From Macrostomum lignano (taxonomy: Eukaryota), in the NCBI GenBank assembly GCA_002269645.1, contig NIVC01004012.1, positions 739-64,738 of the forward strand: a DNA stretch of 64,000 bases, written 5' to 3'. The position numbers and the translations under genes are program-made. Position 1 is the first letter of the stretch; each line of letters starts with the position of its first letter. Below the pieces are notes generated by a model, which did no database searches, was not told the origin of the DNA, and was given only the letters and a program-made list of their open reading frames with translations. Positions 57,363-64,000 of this stretch are shown piece by piece.

Positions 57363-57464
57363 ACTAATCATATCAAACACAGTTCCTAACACTTTAACTC
57401 TAAAATTTGACTCAATTCAAAAATACCAGCCTAGTATTTGGGCTAGGTCTCTACCTTTGGGCTA

Positions 57465-57620
57465 CACCCCTAACCCTTGGGCTACACCCCAAACCCTTGG
57501 GCTACACCCCAAACCCTTGGGCTACACCCCTAACCCTTGGGCTACACCCCTAACCCTTGGACTACACCCTTAGCCCTTGGGCTACATCCTTAAGCCTTGG
57601 GCTACACATCCCTTGGGCTA
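57465..57620. repeat. 20-bp minisatellite
   Basis: Unit cccttgggctacacccc(t/a)aa. Confidence 0.9.
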
Positions 57621-57704
57621 CCGCCTACATCCTTGTTTATTAATCTAGACTCGACTCTGTGGCGTTACACATGTATATCCCTGACATTTCAGCTTAAAAT
57701 AGGC

Positions 57705-58130
57705 CTCTGACCCTTGAACTCGACCCCTGACCCTTGGACTCGACCCCTGACCCTTGAACTCGACCCCTGACCCTTGGACTCGACCCCTGACCCTTGAACT
57801 CGACCCCTGACCCTTGGACTCGACCCCTGACCCATGGACTCGACCCTGACCCTTAAACGACTAGACCCCTGACCCTTGGACTCGATCCCTGACCCTTGGA
57901 CTCGACCCCTGACCCATGGACTCGACCCTGACTCTTAGACGACTAGACCCCTGACCCTTAAACTCGACCCTGACCTTTAGACGACTAGACCCCTGACCCT
58001 TGGACTCGATCCATGACCCTTGGACTCGACCCCTGACCCATGGACTCGACCCTGACCCTTGGACTCGACTCCTGACCCTTGGACTTGACTCCCGACCCTT
58101 AGACGACTCGACGCCTAACCCTTGGACTAA
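57705..58130. repeat. 20-bp minisatellite
   Basis: Unit gacccctgacccttg(g/a)actc. Confidence 0.92.
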
Positions 58131-59250
58131 TCTCCCGTCTTTTTAGGACTAAGCCCTCTGACCTCTGGACTAACTACCTTAATACTATCACACGTATTTG
58201 GTATTTGCGTTTAAACTAGATAAAATAAATTCAATCAACAAGCCTAAATAAGACTAAAAAATTCAGGTATTGTATGCGTATGCAGCTATATTTGCTATTG
58301 TTTCCGCAGTGCCAAAACTGAACCTAAAAAAAGTTTTAAAAAGAGAATATATATATGATAAATTATCAAATAGAGGCGTAACGAACTCAATACATGCAAT
58401 AATCGATTAGTATCAATAGAAACAATAATTGGCAGTGCGAGCCTAGAGGCTGGTGTTAGACTTGGTAGCAATACCTAATAAACCAATTGACACTGTCCAG
58501 CAGACAATTATTAAATAGTCAGGTGGATTACATAAAAAGTGCATCGAATTCAATCTAAGTCTTATCTCATAAACTGTTGATTTACGATGCGATCCAGTTT
58601 AAACTTGAGGTGCAAATTTCTAAATTTGAGGTGTTAAAAAATTCCGAGTAAAGTACATTACATACTACTGTTTACCAACCTTGACTGTGTTACATAGTAG
58701 TACTCAGAAAGAATCGCTACAAAAATGGACCGGAAGCGTGAATATTATTAATTACTAAGCATATAGTGGATTAGTAAAGCAACAAGACAGTCCACTAGAT
58801 AACAGAAATAAACACAAAAACATTGATTTGAAAGTTTGAAACCAAACGCATGCAGAATACGGAAACGGGGGTGATCAAATCGGCTGAGAGGTGAGTACAG
58901 ATCTATTTATATATATAATATAATATATTGGTTTAAGGCTTGGATATGCGATTCGTTTCATTTACTAGTAGGCGCAGGTAGCAACCATTCAACCAAGTTT
59001 TGCCAGACTCCCCCGTCCAGTTTGTTGAAAACTGAAAACCGTATCCATAGCGGAATCCTTCCCGTTGCTCTGCAGCTAGATATAAAAGAATTACTTCGAC
59101 TCGCAAACTGTAGTCGGTGTGGCAAAAAGGCTAAGGGGTAAGAAAAAAGGCAGAATATTGGGATTTAGCAAGTAATTAAAAAAGCACAGACACGCCCAGT
59201 CTAGTTGTGCATCCAGATTCCAAATACTGTTCATTCTCTTCTTGTGAGAA

Positions 59251-59694
59251 TCAGCCGCTCATGATATTCCTGACCAGATCTTCGTAATTAATGTTGCCAT
59301 GAATGTCGTCCATGCCAGCTAGCAGCTGTTCCACCTCTTCGTCCTTGAGCTTCTCCCCTAGCGAGGTCAACAGGTGGCGCAGCTCGGCGGCGCTAATAGT
59401 GCCATTCTGGTCCTTGTCGAACACGCGGAAACCGTCGATAAATTGTTCGGGCTTCACTTTGTCGGCATTCTTAGCCAAGTCTTTGTAGATTGGTAGAAAT
59501 GTTTCAAAAGTGATGCGCGTGTCCGGCTGTTTATCGTAGCCGGCCTTCTTAATCTCGGCTTCGGTCGGATTGAGGCCCAGAGCGCGAACAACTTCGCCAA
59601 TTTGGCGGGCCTCGATTTTCTCGTCGCCGCGAATGTCAAATAGGCGAAAAGTGTCGCGAATCTCTTCAGTATCAAGCTCTGGCATCCTTGACAT
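59251..59694 (-). CDS. Myosin essential (alkali) light chain, EF-hand protein
   Basis: 147-aa ORF with [57 protein letters not shown] and [13 protein letters not shown] (MYL6/Mlc-c type). Confidence 0.92.
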   Translation of the reverse strand: MSRMPELDTEEIRDTFRLFDIRGDEKIEARQIGEVVRALGLNPTEAEIKKAGYDKQPDTRITFETFLPIYKDLAKNADKVKPEQFIDGFRVFDKDQNGTISAAELRHLLTSLGEKLKDEEVEQLLAGMDDIHGNINYEDLVRNIMSG

Positions 59695-62600
59695 TATATT
59701 AGAGTATATTAGAGTTTGGACTGTCTGCCAAGCAGCGGGGAAGCAAGATTAGTTAGGTGACTATTAGTTTGCAGAGGGTTCAGGGCACTGCTGCAAATCA
59801 CAGGCGACAGTTGGCCAGTCAGGGGGAAGTGGATATGCCCATTCCACTGGCCGCTGAGCATTTTGTCAGGAGCGTGCACTCTGCATGTTGGACGTTAGCA
59901 CTCATGGGAACAAATCGCACAAGGTCTTATTGAATTTTAGAATATACCACAGATACTAAACAGCTATATATGTCACTTACAAAATTTTGCTTATTTACTG
60001 TTCTCTCTTAATAGCAAAATTTGCATTTTGTGCTAATTTTGTCCATTTAAAAATATTTCCTATGACAAGGCCTTTAGGGTAAAAAAACTTATAAGTTTGC
60101 TAACTCATTTTTTCAATAAATATTAAAAAAATGAATAACTAGCAAAATGTGTAATCATTTTGACTAAAGCATTTATATGAATGTATATAAATTGCCAAGT
60201 GAAAAACAGCCTATTGAAGAAAATTGATGACACCGGCAAGATATACAAGATTAAGCAAGATAGCCTAAGCAGGAATTTGCCACCAACATCAACTTGAAGA
60301 TGAGACCAATAGTCATACCTAAAGAGAATTTGTTGTCAACCAGACCAATTAAAGAGTGGCCAATGTTGTGGCCAATAGCTAAATTTAAAATTGTTGAGGC
60401 TGCTAACCAGATGAAAATGAGATGAAGATGAAAAACAGATTAACAATATAAAAGATAAGACTAACAGTTATATAAGCAACAAGGCAAGCAACCAACTGAC
60501 AGATAAGAGAATAATGATTTGACAAGAAAACTAATAACCAATGCTATGATAGCATAGCATTTGCCAGTCTAACTAAATTTAATTCTAATTTCTAATCTGT
60601 ATTATAGGTATTTTTATCCTTGTGTGCAGGCAAGTTGCCACTAATCGTTATTTTCTGTTGATTTTTGAAACTTAATTTTTTGTCAAAACATTTTTTGAAT
60701 GTTTCAACCCCTGGAAATTTTTCTTTTCCCCCAATCTTTGTCTATATGTCATTTTTATGGTTGCTGTCTTGTCCTTGTCCCAGTTGTAGTTTTCTATTTT
60801 TCTCACCTTTGGCTTTGTTTTGCCCTATTTTTGGTTGCTTAATATTTTGTCATTGCTTCCTTCTTAACTTTGCTTGTGCCCAACTCTTTGTCCACCTTTT
60901 GTTCTGTGCTTGTTCAAGTCCTGTCCTATGAGTTGGAATTGTTATTTTTGCCTATATATTTATATTTTGTCTCCAATGCTAATGTCAGTATGCTATTGGT
61001 CTCCCTCTCTACTCAGTTACATTTGATTAACAAGATTCTATCAACTAAGTGACCATATTTTATTTGGCCTCTGTGCACTGTGGCTCTGCCAGATTTATTT
61101 GGTCTCATGTCTCGTGATAATATGAGCTAGCCAGTCCTAGAAAAGTGAGTTTTATTTAGTCAGCAGACGGGTTTTACCATAGACTATAGTAAAGAAATTA
61201 AATTAATTTAGTCAAGGTTCTCTAAATCTCTTTCATAACTTTTATTAAGTCAAAGTGAATTTTATTTAGTCGTTATATCTTTGAGAAAAACACAAATGAA
61301 CATAACACAACACAAGACACAACAAATTATTGTTACAACGCTTCACTTTTGAACTCAATCAACGATGTCTTCGATGTCTTTTGTGGCAATGCACCGCGGT
61401 ATGTATCGAAGGCTCTCACAATGCCAGGCTTTGCAGTGAGGCAGCTGCTATACTGACCTCCAGTTCATGCTTAAGAAACAGAGAATAAGGTGATAAAGGC
61501 TTGAACTCTTGCTCTACCTCCATGGCTAATGGATTCCAATGGGCACAAGCATTGTCAAATAGAAGGCAGAATGACTAATGAACCAATGCAGACCGTTTAG
61601 CCATGAACTCTGCAACCAAACTCTGCAAGCCATGAACTCTGCCACCATTATGACTAAATAAAATTCACTTTGACAAAAATCAAGTCATGGAAGGGTTTAA
61701 ATACGAGTAATGACTAAATTAACTTCATTTATATCCAAAAAAATTGTTAAAAGGTATAATAACTAAGATGTTAACCATATTTATTTGTTAACCAATTTAG
61801 CCCATAGACTATCTTGAGTTATTTGCCTGCGGGGCATAAAACAGTCATAAAGTTCTCATTTCAAAGAAAGCTCTAAAACTTCAACATTCTGTAATACATA
61901 AATTATGGTGGTAGCAGTGCTATTCTACTAAAAGTAATCAGCAAAGCATTACACTGCACATTGACTTCAGTGTCTTAGGAGCCAATTTGAATGACTATGC
62001 CTATTAAAAAAAGCAATCAATTACAATTTTGACTACCCTCCCCCAGAATTGAGGACCCTTGCAGCCAGAGTAAAACAGGATAATTGTCTGTATCTTTGTT
62101 GAGATTTGTCTAAACAATTATTCTAGAATTTTTGTGCAAACTCAATGCCAATGGAAATTCAAATTATCATACTGTCCCATTTTGTGTCAGCAATCGACAA
62201 CCACCAGAAAAAAATTTCTTTTCTCTGCCCCACCTCACTTGTTTAGATGTCATAAAAAGAAAAAGCCTAGAATACTCTTTAATTAGGGATAAAAGCAAAA
62301 TAATGTGGCAGCCAGATTGTACTAGTGCTACTAGTCGCGTACAGTCTGGCTGTCACAATAAACAATAAGTAGGGCAAAGGGCCCAATTGCCAAATGGATA
62401 TAAGAAAAGAAGGCTAGAGAAAAAAAGACTAAGAAAGAGGCAAGATTGAAGAACCAACCATAAAGCAGGAAGAAGTAGATAAGAATAATAAGATTAAACT
62501 AGACAAAAAGAAGAAAAAAACAGAATAAACACAAATGCAAATAAACTATAAAACTAAGAAAGTCATGACAAGAAATTAAAAATATTGATTTAAATGTTGA

Positions 62601-63199
62601 TTTTGATTTCTAAAAAAATTGCCAAGTTTTTAGTTTTTTTAAAAAATCTGCTTTGATTTAAATCTAATGCATTTATAGATTTTTAAAAGCATAATAGACT
62701 TAATATCTCTTTTTAGACCTAGTCTTAAGTTTGTTTTCTCAAAACATAGGTCTGGAAGTTTTTTTATAAAAATAAAATAATTCTCATTTTACCCAGAATA
62801 GCCTATATTGATACTTTAGAAGATATCATCTATTACAGATTTTTTCTTATATGCATTTGGCTTAATAAGAATTTTTTGCATTAGGTTCTGGCATGTGTTT
62901 TACACTTATTGCAAGACTAAATATGATCTAGAATATAGGCTTGATATTATCAAAGATACTACTTTAATGCAGCTATTTAATAATGATTTAATTATTTAAT
63001 AATACAAGGTCCTAAAAAGTATAATACTATATGCATAGCATGCATAATGAAGTTAATGTTTTTTGTTATGCACCTTATAGAAGTATGTGCTAAATTCCTT
63101 AGCATATATACTATTACACATCAGTCATCAGAAGCACTTGGCCTTATGCCATATAGTTTCAGTAAGTACTTGGTTAAAAAAAAATTCTACAAGAAAGAT

Positions 63200-63560
63200 T
63201 TTGCAAAAATCTTTCAAGCAAACTTTGTCAAGGCAATTTGCAAGCAAACTTTGGCAAGTGAATTATTGCAAGCAATCATTATACAGGCAAAGTTTGGCAA
63301 GCAAATTTTGTCCAATAAACTTTAGCAAACACGCTACAAAAGCAAACTTTAGGCCTAGCAAGGCAATTTTTGCAGGCAAACTGCTATAAGCAGACTTTGA
63401 CAAGCAAACTTGGGCAAGCAAATTTTAGCAAGCAAATTTTCAATAAACAACATTTGGCAAGCAGACTTTAGCAAGTAAACCTTTCTAAGCAAAATTTATC
63501 AAGCAAAATTTGGAACACAAATATTGGCAAGCCTGGCAAAAATCCTTGGTAAGCAAACTT
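63200..63560. repeat. Degenerate 13-14 bp repeat
   Basis: agcaaa(c/t)ttt(g/t)gca variants. Confidence 0.8.
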
Positions 63561-64000
63561 TATACTTTTCCTCTTGCCTACCTTGCAAACAACATTTTTC
63601 TCAATAAACCTAATAATATTAAATAAATATTACTAAGAATGACTATATATACCTTACTTATTCAACATTAATTATCAACCAATATAATACTTGAACTAGA
63701 CTAAAAAAGAGAAAGTAGGTCTAGCCTTAGCTACATAAAAATGTTTGCCAATATTGATGGCATTGGCATATAGCAAATAGTAATAGGACTAAGCTATAAA
63801 AAAACTATACTTGATTAAATTTTGGCTAGGCCTATCTACCTATTCCCTTTTTATGTGACTTATCAATAACTAAGATTTAAATAAGTGAACATTTGAATTA
63901 TAACTAGACTAGAATATAATTTAAAATGCAAAAAATTAAAATAAATTTGAGACATGCTAGCAGGTTTTTTTTAATGCAAAGTGTATATACACCTTAAACT

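Overview
This is eukaryotic (animal) genomic DNA with spliced genes. GC-rich exons, polyQ/polyG tracts and minisatellite-filled introns are typical of the flatworm Macrostomum lignano; the species call is my inference, not a database match. I reconstructed 12 protein-coding genes by hand from GT-AG boundaries and recalled homology: PMPCA (runs off the window), MRPS26, CFAP57, enolase, an orphan single-TM PPxY protein, DUS2, a LicD-family gene nested antisense in DUS2 intron 1, a tetraspanin, EEF1E1/AIMP3, SRBD1, an ATRIP-like gene and a myosin essential light chain. There is also one tRNA-Arg(ACG). Ten of the 12 genes are on the minus strand, and several have a splice acceptor just before the ATG, consistent with SL trans-splicing or operons. 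Non-coding content includes about 20 distinct mini/microsatellites, a decayed DD37E Tc1/mariner element, several MITEs and tRNA-headed SINEs. The best leads are: (1) two copies of a 38-44 bp palindromic micro-transposon with CAAGG ends and 7-bp target-site duplications; (2) intronic minisatellites whose sense-strand units mimic 3' splice sites, one with tandem CAG|GT sites; (3) a long co-oriented gene run with ATG-proximal acceptors. Two conserved genes carry 1-bp frameshifts, which may be assembly errors. No prokaryotic-type system such as CRISPR is present. All homology calls are from memory and need BLAST/HMM confirmation.
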